From assembly GCF_009914755.1 (NCBI RefSeq), contig NC_060927.1: a DNA stretch of 64,000 nt; one strand, 5' to 3'. Below, in pieces: positions 31,114-46,411 of this stretch. The DNA comes from the human T2T-CHM13v2.0 reference genome, Homo sapiens. The translations under genes were made by a program, and so were the position numbers. The notes below the pieces were generated by a model. That model made no database searches. It was not told where the DNA came from and saw only the letters and a program-made list of their open reading frames with translations. Numbering within the stretch: position 1 is the stretch's first letter; every line of letters starts with the position of its first letter.

Positions 31114-31222
31114 TTTTTTTTTTTTTTTTTTTTTTTTTTTGAGACAGAGTCTCGCTATGTCACCAGGCTGGAGTGCAGTGGCATGATCTCAGCTCACTGC
31201 AACCTCCGCCTCCCGATTCTCC
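31114..31222 (-). mobile_element. 5'-truncated AluS right-arm insertion with TSD ctgaaatg(g/c)gtctt
   Basis: Long poly-T, ~80 bp of Alu, TSD copies starting at 31102 and 31223. Confidence 0.85.
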
Positions 31223-31341
31223 CTGAAATGCGTCTTATTTTAAGTCAAAGGTAATACTTAAAAAAGACCAAAGAGACTTAAAATAACAGCATTTGCTTCG
31301 TCACTATGAGCTTTGTTATTATGAGTTAACATACAGTAGCA

Positions 31342-31808
<467 letters not shown>

Positions 31809-33020
31809 TCAAAGGTAGGATATCATCTGTGTCCTCATATCACTTTATGAAGTACATTGTGAAAGTGAAAGAACAAAGAAATAAATGTTTTTTAGTTAAT
31901 GTTTAAAGGATACATTTATCATAATTGCTCTTTTAACACTCACCTCCAGTCTCCCCTCCGTTCACACCTCCTACCCCCATTACTTCCTGGTAACTTAGTT
32001 AAGTGTCCTTTGTCATTCCTGAGGTTTCAAGGCATGGTAGTACTGTGTCCTGATATTCTAATCGTAAATATTTAAGGGAAATTCGGCATTTTTTCATTTT
32101 GTGGTTTTCATATTAAAGTACATTAAATAGTCTTTTTGCTTTTATTTAGGAAAAAAACTGCTTACCTGTTAATTTTAGAAAAATCTGATTTTCATTTAGA
32201 CCTTACAGGGTGAGACACCTGCATCAGGGTGGCTCTTGGTATCTTTCAATTCAATTGGATCTTCTCTGAATAGTCTCTTGTAGGGAGTGAGGCTGCTGTA
32301 CTACCTCCCTGCAGTAGTCCATCCAGCTTAAGATGGGGGTCACCAGTAGGCCAAAAGAATGGGTAGACCTGGCCATGCACTGCCCTATTGTACTCAAATC
32401 GTGTATCAAATGGAGTTGGATTTCTTCTCTTCATACAGTACAGCATTTCCAAGTAGAAATATTTCTCAATGAAATGTGGAGAGAAGCACCCGTTTGAGAT
32501 TCCCATGTGTTGTGTGATTTAAGTTAGATGGTTTTTTAAGACCACATTCATTTCCAGAATTCTAGGTAACAATTTAGAAAATGTCTTTCTCCTAACCTCC
32601 CCACTTTTTAAAAATCCTCCAACTGATGAACTGATGTGAAACTTTCTTACATTCACTGAAAAAAAAAAAAAATAGGTTAAGCTGTTTCTAAGCAACTAGA
32701 TGAATTAATTTTTAAACTAAGAATGTGGCCTTATTTTGGGAAAGCAAGAATATTTACTTGTTTGTCTGCTGTTTAAAAAATGGAAGTCAGCCTACCAAAA
32801 AATTGAGACTCAACTTCTAGGAGATGGGTTAGGATTTTTTTTTTTTAAGTTTCTCTAGTTTAATTTTATATATAAGGGGTTAATGCTACCTTCATAATAA
32901 CTATTATCATATTTTCTCAATACATAGCTTGATTAAAACAACTGGACTCCCCCCCCCCACCCCACACACACACAGATTTTATATCAGTCTGAATCTAATG
33001 CCTAGAATAAGAAGTGCTTC

Positions 33021-33130
33021 AGCCAGGCATAGTGGCACTCACCTGTAGTCTCAGCTACTCAGGAGGCTGAGGCAGCAGGATCAATTGAGCCCAGGAGTCT
33101 GAGTCTAGCCTGGGCAACATAGTGAGACCT
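33021..33130 (+). mobile_element. FLAM (free left Alu monomer)
   Basis: Monomeric gccaggcatagtggc...cctgggcaacatagtgagacc. Confidence 0.8.
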
Positions 33131-33551
33131 AGAAGTTTTAAATTACTGGAAAAATAATATGAAAAGAATAAATTACTGGAAAAAGAATATGAAAATGTTA
33201 CGTTCTTTATATCCAACCGTGGTAGGCTTTTTTGAGTTCCTGCAATGCTAATAAGAATTCATAAAAAGGACGATTCTTCATTTTCTTGGGTACTCATCAC
33301 TAATAGCTGCCTCGCTGGTAAAAAGGAATACATGTATCTTCAATTGCAGATTATTTACTTTTAAATATAAAAGATATAAATGTCAAATATTAAATGCATC
33401 TTACATGGTTTTCCTACATAGTGAAAGTAGAATGCTTGCCAGTTTTGCCTCTAGGTCACTCACTTTGAACCAGCCAACCCACCTTAATTGATCATTTCCA
33501 CTAATATGTTAAATTACCTTAAAAGAACAAAAATATTTATCATGCTTACTA

Positions 33552-33878
<327 letters not shown>

Positions 33879-34704
33879 GTAGGAGGTGCATGTGAAGTAG
33901 TATAGATCATGACTTTTCCAATTTTAAGAGGGGATTGGCATGTACTGTGAGCAGTTCACATTTGTGGAGGAAATCTACATTTCAGAGAGTGTATATTTCA
34001 TTTGGAAGTCTATAAACATGAAAACCTAAAATAAATAATGTAAATCTACCTCTAGTGGCTCTGGTATTTTTAAACTTATTTATAGCTGGCAAAGTACTTT
34101 TTTGTATGTATTTTTATAGCACCATTGCACTTCTCATGTTTGTTGCAAGCATCTCCCACAGCTTCCTTTGTCTTTTAATTTTATGACATATAAATAAAAG
34201 TATACATTTCAATATGGCCATATTGATTGATCTTTTCCTTTGTAACTCTTACTACTTTATATTTAAAAAGTCATTTCCCAGTCTAAGGCCACCTCTATTT
34301 TCTTTTAGTTTTTTAAAATGGTTTCATTGTTTTATATTTGCCTATGATCCAGACATTAGTAACTGTGGGTTCTTAATTGGGCTTCAGAGAATCTGAGAAT
34401 TCCTTAAAATTCTCTACATAATTGTACATGTACTTAATACATGCTTTTTTCCATGTTAAGAGTCCAGAGTTTTTGTTAGATCCTCAAAGGGGTCAGTCAG
34501 TCTCTCCTCCCACTTCCAAAAAATGTCTGAGACCTACTACTATAATCCATCTGGACTTTATTTGGGTAAAAGGTGGTATGGTGAGACTCATATTTTTCTT
34601 TTTCCCGCAAATAGTTAAGTATACCAACCATTTAGTAAATAATTACCTCCTGATTTGTGATACCTTTGAAAAATAAATGTTTTTCTTTATTTTTATCTCC
34701 ACAG

Positions 34705-34769
34705 AGAAAGTTAGAGAAATTCAAGAAAAACTTGATGCTTTCATTGAAGCTCTTCATCAGGAGAAATAA
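34705..34769 (+). CDS. OPA1: OPA1 last coding exon (exon 28; exon ends 34774), (K)KVREIQEKLDAFIEALHQEK*
   Basis: ttttatctccacag|AG AAA GTT; TAA at 34767-34769; donor TTAA|gtgagt at 34774/34775. Gives the known OPA1 C-terminus. Confidence 0.97.
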
Positions 34770-35416
34770 ATTAAGTGAGTAAAAATTCTCTAACTGTATT
34801 GGTGCTGACTAAATACAAAATTACACTTTTCTTAATAGTTTATCATTCTGCTTCATTTACATCCTGCTTGTCACTTATGCTGTAATTTCAATGGCATGAA
34901 TCTCTGAAACTAGCTTCCGAATTTCATTTGTATAACGTTGCTTTGAATAACTTGATTGCCTTCTGGCTGAATTAAGAATATCCTCTAGAACTCATTTTGA
35001 ATAGAACAAAGGTGAACACAGAGCTAAGATATTGTATAATATGCAGGTGACTCATTTTCTAGGTGTAAAGAATTGAGCTGTAGTTGACATTACTTTATTC
35101 TTCTTGCCTATAGTCTATCAATAATGATGTGTATGTTAAATATTTAACTTAGAAAGTTTTCTGTTTGACTTAATTAAAATTTTAATAATTGTTCTTAATC
35201 CTTATCTCTTTTGTTTAAAAACATTTAGATAAGTGTTTTTCCTACTTAATTTATATAGCCTTAGAATTTAGTACTCCTTGAATTTACTTTCTTGTCTGAT
35301 TCTGCTTTCTGGCATTAGAGGCATGTTCCTAATAAAATACATATTTAAGGACTTTTCCTTAGTAGCATAATCAATTAATTGTTGCTGAAGAATTTTAATC
35401 AGTAAGTCACTTGCTT

Positions 35417-35616
<200 letters not shown>

Positions 35617-35995
35617 ATTTGCTTTTATAAAAGAAGTTGAGGAAAGAAAAATACTGTAGTTAAGTCATTATCACTTCAAATATTTTGTCACTTTTGTCTG
35701 TGACCCTTACCCTACAGACAGCCTGCAGCAGGCTCAGAACTAGAAGGAGTAGAAATGTAAAAGGTTCCCTCCCTGGCTACGCTCGGTTCAGGTCAGTTCA
35801 GAAAAGGCTCTTAAACCAAACTACCTACTTTCCTGTCAGGAAAATGTATTTGAGAAAGCAGGGTGGAAAGGGAAGTACAACTTCCATGGTACATCATTCG
35901 GAACAGTGTGCCAGCAAAGGAGGAGAGAAACAAGACCTAGAAAACTTGAAAATAAAGCTTTGTAACTTTATTTCATTTGTTTCTTTAGTAAGTTA

Positions 35996-36291
<296 letters not shown>

Positions 36292-37247
36292 GTGAAGACA
36301 GATATATGGAAATATACAAAAATACATAATCATCTTTAACACAAGCTAAACATAATTTTTGTGTTTTATAAGTGTCCGTGTTCATAAATGTTTTCTATGT
36401 CTTTTGTGTATGAATATTTTATTTTAAAACCATTAAGTGTTCCAATATCACCCTAATCATGGTGGTTACCGTGAATACTTACTATTAGAAATAAACATCT
36501 GTAGCGCCTCCTTGATCTCCCCTTTAGCACCAGAGCTTACATCATAGTTCTATTTACCGACCTGTGTGTGCTTTGCGGGGAAAAATTGATGAAAGCCCCG
36601 GAAGCCCCGTTAAAAAGACAAGCTGTATTTCTGTTTTTTTAACAAAATGAGGAAGCTGAAAGCCAGCCAGTGTTTTACATAATGGTGTCTCTCCCCTCAG
36701 CTGATCAGTGTGACATCCAGAGTTGCTATTGCTGCTACCTGTCTAGTCTCTAAGACCCTTTTCAACCCTTGTGACTTAAGACTCTGTGAACTTTTACAAA
36801 GTATCTTGTGATCTGGACAGATGATCTGTTTTGTACCCTGCAGATGCATTTAAAAGAATAAATCTGGCAGAATGGTAACCTTGCTTCATTCTGACCATTT
36901 TATCAAAGTTACCAAGGACCCTAAGGAATACTTTCTCAAGTATAGTTTTAACACATAGGATTCCTAATTAATTGTTATTCTAATATTTGCTGAAGGTGTT
37001 TATATGCTATACAGTCATACACAGATTCTTCTTCAATTAATTTTAGTATATGCTTTTAACTTATGTTTGATAAAAAAATTATGCCAATATTGTTAGGTCG
37101 GTGATAGACTATATAAGTTTAGTAAAACTAGCAAAGGTAAGCGGTTAGGCTTCAACATTGTTGTGATCATGCAGTCATCAACTTTGTTTAGAAATTTTGC
37201 ATTTATCTCCCCTGACCTCAGTTTGTTAAATGGGTTTATTTTTACAG

Positions 37248-40200
37248 AATCGTACTCATAATCAGCTCTGCATACATCTGAAGAACAAAAACATCAACGT
37301 CTTTTGTCCAGCCTCTTTTTCTTCTGCTGTTCCACCTTTCTAAACATACAATAAAGTCATGGGATAAAAATAATCGATGTATGTTACGGGCGCTTTAACC
37401 ATCAGCTGCCTCTCGAATGGAAGAACAGTGGTAATGGATTAACATCCTATTTTGTTGTACTAAAGTGACAAATCGGAATAATATAATTGGTATGGCCATT
37501 AGGTTCAGTCCTTGAAGATAAGAAGCTTGTTCTCTGTTTGTTGTCTTATTTGTGGTGGCACTCGTTTAATGGATTAACTGAGGTTGCTCAATGTTCAGTT
37601 TCTTTTCCAGAAATACAATGCTAGGTGTTTTGAAATAAAACTTATATAGCAATTGTTTAAAGTTATCAATTGTATATAAAATCACAGTAGCCTGCTAAAT
37701 CATTGTATGTGTCTGTAGTATTCTATTCCCAGAAACTATTTGACCATGATAATTCAGTTTATATTCACCACATGAAAGAAAAATGGGTAACAGAAGAACC
37801 CCTAAAACAGGTTAATTTGGATTGTAACGTTCAGTGAAAGAAATTTCAACCCTTCATAGCCAGCGAAGAAATTTGCCTTGGAAGCCAAGTCAGTACCAGC
37901 TTACCTATTTGATTCAGTTGCTGTTTTCTCACTCTCTATATCCATTTGAAATTGATTTATTTTAGATGTTGTATACTTACGTTAGGCTTTCTGTTAATAG
38001 TGGTTTTTCTCCTGTTGACAGAGCCACCGGATTATGACACAGGATGAGGAAGATTAAGGATAATCAATTGACTAATTTCATTTAGAATATTATCAAACAT
38101 TTCAACTAGGTATCAGAAAAAGGCTTTCTTTCATAAGACTATTTTAAATAGAAATTATTTCAACAATTAAAGTAATGTTGACCATCCCCCTCTCAGCTGA
38201 ATAAAGAAAAATTTAGTTCAATTTATTGCAATTTAATTACAATACTACCTTCACAACATTTTCATGTGTTTTAAATAAATATTTTTTAATTGGCTAAAGG
38301 ACATTCAAGCAAAGAAATGCTTTCTTTACTTAAAATGTCTATCTCATTTGCTGCTTTTTCACTAAGCCTTTACTTTGTTAATAAAAGTGTCCATTGTGTG
38401 ATGTTTTTGATTTTACAGTTTGCTAAATCTTATTTTCTTGGAGTTGCTTTTTGGTAACAGCCCCATTGCTACTCCCCATTTTATTGTTTTACATCAATGC
38501 ATGCTTCGTTGTGATCCCTCAAGATGTAACACTTGGTATGCTCGGTTGAGGATATGAAAAAATACTTCCGAAACCAGGAATTCAGTGTATGTTTGTTTTA
38601 TACTGTTTGATAAGAAAAGTAGGTCCAGCCTTAAGCAGCACAGATGCGCTGGTAGATGCATAGTCAGGAACTTTTTTTATTTCTTTTAGGTCTAGGGACA
38701 GGAGTGAATAGAAAGGGAGGAGAGCTCTATTATGTTCTATACACAGATTAGGAGATGACCTTACTGGGTACACCCCTCTAACCAGTGCTTACAGGTTAAT
38801 GCATGTTAATGAATATTTTTGCAGTTGTAAAGCATAACAATTACAACTACACATCTATTTCTAAAGAATAAAACAGGACCATATTTATTTACTTCTGTCA
38901 ACTATAGAAAGAAAGACCTTCAGCTGTATTTCCACAGATTTCTCCCAAGGAAAAGGCTAATATTAGTCACTACTGTTATCACATCCCTTTGTATAAGTTT
39001 TAAAAAGAGATGGAGGGAGATCTTCATTTCTTTGAGGAGATCAGTATTGTAACGTATGTGAATAGATGATAACAATTAATATTACTAAAAGTCCCACATG
39101 AGAGTCCTGACGCCCTCTCCATGCCCCACAGTAATGTGGCTTCTTTCATGGGTTTTTTTTTCTTCTTTTTAGCTGATCTCATCCTAAGCATGCTTTATTT
39201 TTCCTTGAAAGCTAGGTATTTATCAACTGCAGATGTTATTGAAAGAAAATAAAATTCAGTCTCAAGAGTAAACCCTGTGTCTTGTGTCTGTAGTTCAAAA
39301 GTCAGAAATGATTCTAATTTAAACAAAAAGATATTAAATATACAGAAGTTAAATTCGAACTAGCCACAGAATCATTTGTTTTTATGTCAGAATTTGCAAA
39401 GAGTGGAGTGGACAAAGCTCTGTATGGAAGACTGAACAACTGTAAATAGATGATATCCAAACTTAATTTGGCTAGGACTTCAATTTTAAAAATCAGTGTA
39501 CCTAGGCAGTGCACAGCACGAAATAAGTGGCCCTTGCAGCTTCCCCGTTTAACCCACTGTGCTATAGTTGCGGGTGGAACAGTCAGCCTTTCTAGTAGTT
39601 TATGATATTGCCCTCTTTGTATTCCCATTTTCCACAGTTTTTTCCGCAGACTTCTTTCTGCAAATTATTCAGCCTCCAAATGCAAATGAATGATATAAAA
39701 ATAAGTAGGGAACATGGCAGAGAGTGGTGCTTCCCAGCCTCACAATGTGGGAATTTGACATAGGATGAGAGTCAGAGTATAGGTTTAAAAGATAAAATCT
39801 TTAGTTAATAATTTTGTATTTATTTATTCTAGATGTATGTATCTGAGGAAAGAAATCTGGTATTTTTGCTTTCCAATAAAGGGGATCAAAGTAATGGTTT
39901 TTCTCTCAGTTCTCTAAGCTGGTCTATGTTATAGCTCTAGCAGTATGGAAATGTGCTTTAAAATATGCTTACCTTTTGAATGATCATGGCTATATGTTGT
40001 TGAGATATTTGAAACTTACCTTGTTTTCACTTGTGCACTGTGAATGAACTTTGTATTATTTTTTTAAAACCTTCACATTACGTGTAGATATTATTGCAAC
40101 TTATATTTTGCCTGAGCTTGATCAAAGGTCATTTGTGTAGATGAGTAATTAAAAAATATTTAAATCACATTATAATTCTATTATTGGAGAGCATCTTTTA

Positions 40201-40453
40201 AATTTTTTTCTGTTTTAACGAGGGAAAGAGAAACCTGTATACCTAGGGTCATTATTTGACCCCATAGTATAACCAGATTCATGGTCTAACAAGCTCTCAG
40301 TGTGGCTTTTCTCTGAATGCTTGAATTTCACATGCCTTGCATTTCACAGTTGTACTCCATGGTCAACCGGTGCTTTTTTTCACATCGTGGTACTTGTCAA
40401 AACATTTTGTTATTTTCCTTGGTAAAATATATAAAAAAGGTTTTCTAATTTCA
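37248..40453 (+). other. OPA1: OPA1 terminal non-coding exon (3'UTR, ~3.2 kb); 3' end approximate
   Basis: Branch-like cctgac (37211-37216) and acceptor tttatttttacag|AATCGTAC. The block is AU-rich with no recognisable repeats and many AATAAA; variant signals AATATA/TATAAA at 40426-40435. End placed partly from recollection of the mRNA. Confidence 0.8.
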
Positions 40454-40455
40454 CT
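40426..40455 (+). terminator. Probable distal poly(A) site with variant hexamers (AATATA/TATAAA), CA at ~40452-40453 and U/GU-rich downstream sequence
   Basis: ggtaaAATATATAAAaaaggttttctaatttCActttgctg. Confidence 0.55.
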
Positions 40456-41386
40456 TTGCTGCCAAGGCTGTCATTTTCATTAATGCTGCCAACATGTTCA
40501 TATGAGGCTTACTAAGAAGTTATAACTAAGCCTTAGAACTGGAAGAGACTTTAATTTCATCTACCATCTGATTATAAACTCCTGTTACTCACTTTGTTAT
40601 TCTTCCAGAACTTTGCTCATAAATGATACCTACTAATTGTCGATCATTGGATATGTCAAGTTAGGTAGCGTATAGGTGTGCCTTCTTAATTCCTTCAGAA
40701 GATGCAGAGGCAAGAACATGTTTCAATCGTGTTAGCATTGGTTTTCTTTATCAGTGCTAACAGACTCAGTGTGAGGCCCCATACTTTATTTTAAACTAGG
40801 TTTTCATCCTTGTGTAATTCAAGTTCAGAATCTTCGTGTATCAAAACGTTTGAAGAATTTAGTTACTGAAGATTTAATAGAGCAATTAATTTTTTTAGCA
40901 TGTCTGATTGAAGAATTAATATATTTATCAAATTGAAATAGCTACCATGTGCCTATAGATAATACAGATGTATTTAATTATGAAGTACGTCTTAAAATAA
41001 CCACATACCCGATTTGTGATAACTAAAACAATCATGTCCTGCACATATTAGACCCAGTTAATAAGTGTAGAAAACTTAAGTGTTCAAACAAATACTACAA
41101 AAATTGTTAAAGGTTCAAAACCAGGAGACAGTATCAGGAAGGCTTAAATATGGGTGATCTCTAGCTGGAAGAAGACAGCTTCTAAAACTAAGGGTAGGAA
41201 AAACCTATATCATAAGGCATTTGTTTAAATTTATATCCTAAAATGACAGAATTGAGCTTGAAAATTGAGAGTATGTATGTGATTCCTCTCCAAGACTTCT
41301 CGTGAGTTACGTACATATTCTGCAGAAGCCGCGTTAAGGTGCATTTGTGGCCAAGTCACTGACAAGGAGGTAAATACTACTTATAA

Positions 41387-41695
<309 letters not shown>

Positions 41696-43745
41696 TTGTT
41701 ACTCTTTGTGATAAAAAATTCTTGTTCCTGCTGTTAGTACTTTTAATTCATTAACCCAGGTGTAAACTGTTCCTTTCCAAGTATTTGGGAAATTCAGAGA
41801 TCTGTTTTTGAAAAAACTAGGCCAGAGGCACCCCTGAAGATCTAGTCACAGTGCAGTGATACTGCCAGCAGCCCCCCACAGAGATATGTCTTACGGCTGT
41901 ATTAAGAATATAAGTTACACTCTTTAATGTTCAGAACAGAATACTCATTCTGCTGCTTACTCTTGTAGTTATTAAATCACAGAGCAACAATACGGAAGTT
42001 AGAATTTTATCCATTTGTCAGAAAATATGCTCATGGTTTATGTGACCTAATACTTTCCAAAAGCTCTTGAGACCTCTGATATTTGTGAGAGAATATGTAG
42101 GGAATAGGTTAACCTCCTTTTTTTGCTTTGGTAAACTTCATCTGAGATTAGGCCAAATCATCAGAAAGCAATACTGCCTGGGCTGCTACTTACCTACCTC
42201 TTTGATATTACGTCCTTGGCTTCACAGGCAAGACCTTATGACACATCTATTTGAAGAAAATACACAGTCTCTTTTGCAGAAGTCTAACCTAATGACATGT
42301 CTTGATTATCACTGAAATTCATTAAGGATTACTAGATAGTACCAGCGGTTTCCCCTCCAGACACATGTATGTACTGCTCTCCTTGTGACAATGAGAACTC
42401 AAGACTTTACCATTTTCTTTGCTTCAGCTGCCAGGAAATGCTGAAATTAATTTCCCTCTCAACTGAAGGAATGAACCTAACCATTTTTCTGCTCCTTTAG
42501 TTTGTGTTCTATTTTTGTTATTAATCTCTCTTTCCATACATCTTAACGCAGAAACAGCTTTCTGTGTTAGTTTGCGTCACTAAGAAAATACAATGCTTAC
42601 TTATTTCTCATTTTAAGAAATATATTTGTCTAGAGGGTTTAAGAATTCCCACATGTGCCATAATGCTCCAGGTGGTACACAGCCACTCCCCTTGCATACC
42701 TAATGTATATAATTTTTTTCTACAATCAATTCATATATATATATAGTAAAAAAATCAGAAATCACCTCAAGGACACAGTACACACCCAGTGACAATAACA
42801 TGCCTGCCTCCCCGCTGCCGGGAGCAACACCACAGTAGCAGGAGGTGCCTGATGTGTGTTGAGAGGAAGGATGCAGAGAGATATGTGTAAGTTTGCAGCC
42901 ATTCCAGAAATATTAACACATCCTAACTAAGGGCCTATTATAAAGGTCTGAGCAGGACTCAGAACACTACAAAGTAGACTAAAACTGGCCAGCAGCATTT
43001 TGGGATCCATGGAGAAACTCCACTGAATTCTTTTTGAACGGTCAATATCCTATCTTGCCAAGGATTGGTCCCATGAAACATTTTTGGTTTCCCTTTAAAA
43101 TTTTGAAACTAAGAAGAAAACTTGAATCCAGAGCAAAGAAACCAGTATACCTTGTGTTTTGCACCCATTATCACAGAAAGTATTGTTTCCATTTTATAGA
43201 TGAGAAAATCAGCTCAGGTTTTGCACAAGATTATTCTAGTTGAATAGCAAAGTTGAAACTTGAAAACAAGTATGATTACAAGCCTATGCACTTTCCAAAA
43301 TATGCTCCCTTTCAGAAATACTTTTCGGAAAGTAAACATTTATGATATTAGGAGCACATTAGGGCACATGATATACCTAGAAAGTACAAAATGACCTAAC
43401 TCATAACAAAAATGGCCTATGATAGTCTTTACTAATTACATGAGGCTATTGTTGCATTGCAAGAATGGAACTATCAGCAGAGATGTGTGGCTGCCTGTGA
43501 GACCTTAGTGGACAAGAAGATGAGATTCAGTAGGTTCTAATTTCATGTTAACGCCAGGCCTTAAGTTTTAGGTGTAAAAAACAAGTGCTTTGCAATTCTC
43601 AACATGTTAATAATGTTAATTCTCTCATTTTATCCTGTGCAGATTCTGTCAATCTTTTTTAGTTAGTCCAAGTATTAAAATATGGAATTGCTCTTTCCTC
43701 AGTTTTTAAAAACTTGATTGAATATTTTCTTTTTCCAAATTACTA

Positions 43746-44045
43746 TTTTTTTTTTTTTTGAGACAGGGTTTCTCACTGTCCCTCATGCTGGAGTGCAGTG
43801 ACACAATCACAGCTCACTGCAACCTCGACCTCCTGGGCTCAAGTGATCCTCCCACCTCAACCTCTCGAGTAGGTGGGACTACAGGGACACACCACCATGC
43901 CTAGCTAATCTTTTTTTTAATTTTTAGTAGAGATGAGATCTCAATATGTTGCCAAACTGATCTCAAAATTCTGAGTTCAGGCAAGCCTCCTACCTCAGCC
44001 TTCCGGAGTGCTGGGATTATAAGCGTGAGCCACCTAGCCTGGCCC
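43746..44045 (-). mobile_element. AluJ-like, antisense
   Basis: poly-T, ctcctgggctcaagtgatcctcccacc. Confidence 0.88.
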
Positions 44046-44469
44046 AAATTACTACTTTTGAGTGTCTTTCTGCGCCCCACCCCCAATAAAATTATTTTGA
44101 AGGAAAAGCTATTAGCAGAATTCTTTAAAATTTCTACTAAATTTATATTCCAGGTATCTCATGTACATTCTTTAATTTTCTTGCCTTGAGATATGTCTGG
44201 TTTCCCAAGACTATTAGGACCGAAAGACAGATTTTCATGCCAAAATCTGTATGAGTTATCTTTACCCGTATCAGAACATCTCTAATATGAATGCTTAATT
44301 GAACATGCCTGCCATTTGCTGCCTCTGCCATTTCATAGGCTGTTGGTACCATCACAAAGCCACTCCCACTTTCACACATTCAGATTTCTCAAAACATCTG
44401 AGACATTCACATTCTTGCTAATTATACTCATTGCTCTGGTCATAGCTGAATCAAGATTCTGAGAGTGTA

Positions 44470-45000
44470 ATTTTGTTCGCGTCAAAAGCATTGTTTTCTT
44501 ATCCTGTTGGTGGAGTGAGGCATTTGGACCTGGATGCTCTCCCCATTGGGCGCCCCCCGTTGGTACGTTTCGCCAGCTGTGTACTCTATGATTGGCTGGC
44601 CTTTTGATGTGCAGGTACTACAAGTTGGTCACAAACTTGTGTACAATGGGCCTGTTCTGGTTCATGTGAAAATCAACATCCTTTTTTGTGTTACCGGGTG
44701 ACAGGATGCTACAATACTATTAGCATTTGCAAAGAGTGTGCTCTGTCCAAGGGTGTAACCACAGGTCGTGTGCTGCTCACTTTGTGTTTCTCTATTATGT
44801 GAGAGACACAAAGAAGCTGAGGGCTCGCAAAGGCCTGTCAAATCTTGTAATGTGGCGCTCGACCCCCAAACTCCACTTGGCCTCCAAGCATCTCTTGTTC
44901 CCTGTCCCACCCCTTTCTCTGAATGGGCTCTGAGGTAGGTAAATGAATTCAGGGGCCTGGTAGGCGGGGGATTCCTTTCTGGCCTCATTCCTGTACCATT
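44470..45000. promoter_or_regulatory. Candidate downstream regulatory element (reverse CTCF-like motif, two ATTGG boxes, GC box)
   Basis: gcgccccccgttgg 44550-44563; attgg at 44545 and 44591; aggcggggg ~44962; local CpG retention. Confidence 0.35.
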
Positions 45001-46411
45001 TGTTTGCAGGCTTGTAGGGGGAGAGGAGGACATTTTGGAATCCTTTGTGTCAAATCATTTTCTTGCAGGTTGGGGAGTTAATGGTAACTTTGTCTGAAGC
45101 CAGCCAAGCAGAAAGCCTCCACGGATGAGGCGTGGTATGCTCAACCTCCTCAAAAACCACAAGATGAGAATGTGGAAATGGGGAACTTTCTAGAGCAGAT
45201 GAGTATGGGACAAGTCTGCATGTGCCACATCTAATGGGAAGCTTAAACCTTCCTGTGTATTTAGGCATACAGTAGTTCATTTTAAGAGGGTTTTCCTCTT
45301 TCTGAATCATCATGGTGTTTTTATTGATACCTGTAGTTTGGATAATCTTTTGTGCAGCCAATATTTATATATTCTGCACCATTTTGAAAGCCTTCTACTA
45401 CCTGGTTACCTGTATGTATCGTGTGATTTCAAGAAGTTTTACCATGTTTTTGTCCTCGGATTTACTTTGTTTACCTAAAAAATGAACTATTGTTTTAGAA
45501 CAGTGATAACTCTTACTTTGAAAAAAAAAAAAAAAAAGAGAGACCCAGAGAAAAGCAATTTGCTCAATTAATGTTACAGCTAGAAACTGTTCCCTGATTC
45601 CTAGGCAAGTACTATGTGTTTCATGAAGATTTAGACCCAGGGCCACAGGTTCAATACTTCCAAAGCCAGTCGTTTTGTGAAAGAAGTTGGGGATCTATTT
45701 ATGTGAAACCTCCCTATTTTTAAATGTTAGCAGCTAATTTTGAAAATCTTAAATACTTGTGTGAGTCCAAGAGAAACATCTGCAAATAGCATGCTTCCCA
45801 CTCGTGAGTCACTATTTGAAACCTCTGATTTCAACTATAGCTTTCTGCTCATTTCTGGCCTCGGTGCATTTGGGTGATAATAGTACCAAGGCCTTCTGAA
45901 AATAACATGATTTCTGGTCATTTTTAGAGATGCAGAGTTTTTTGTTGTTTCTGCTTTATTATGAGGCTGGACTGGAGGGAAATTCTCATTTATTAAATGC
46001 CTGCTGTATCCCAGGTACTTTAAACACATTATCTTGCTTATTCTTACAACTTCCTAAGGCAGGCATTGTCGTTTACCAACAGGCTAACTCTGGCTCAGAG
46101 AGGTTGCCTCAAGTTCCACCGCTGGCTGGTTGACAAAGTCTTTATGGGATCCCATGTAGGTTTGACTGCAGAGCTTAGAAAAAGAGCAGGTACAGAATGG
46201 GCTGGAAGAGTACTAATAGCTTTCTTCCCTTACCCGTTCAACCATCGTAAGGAGGCAGTTCCTTTTCATATCATGAGCTGGTTGGCAAAAAAGCGTTACT
46301 CTATTCTGGGTACTCTGGATATAGTTACCTAGAAATAAGGCAAGTGAAGGTTTAAAATATTCAGGAATCCCAGCATCTAGAAATAAGTTGGCCTCTTCTG
46401 TGAACCCTATA

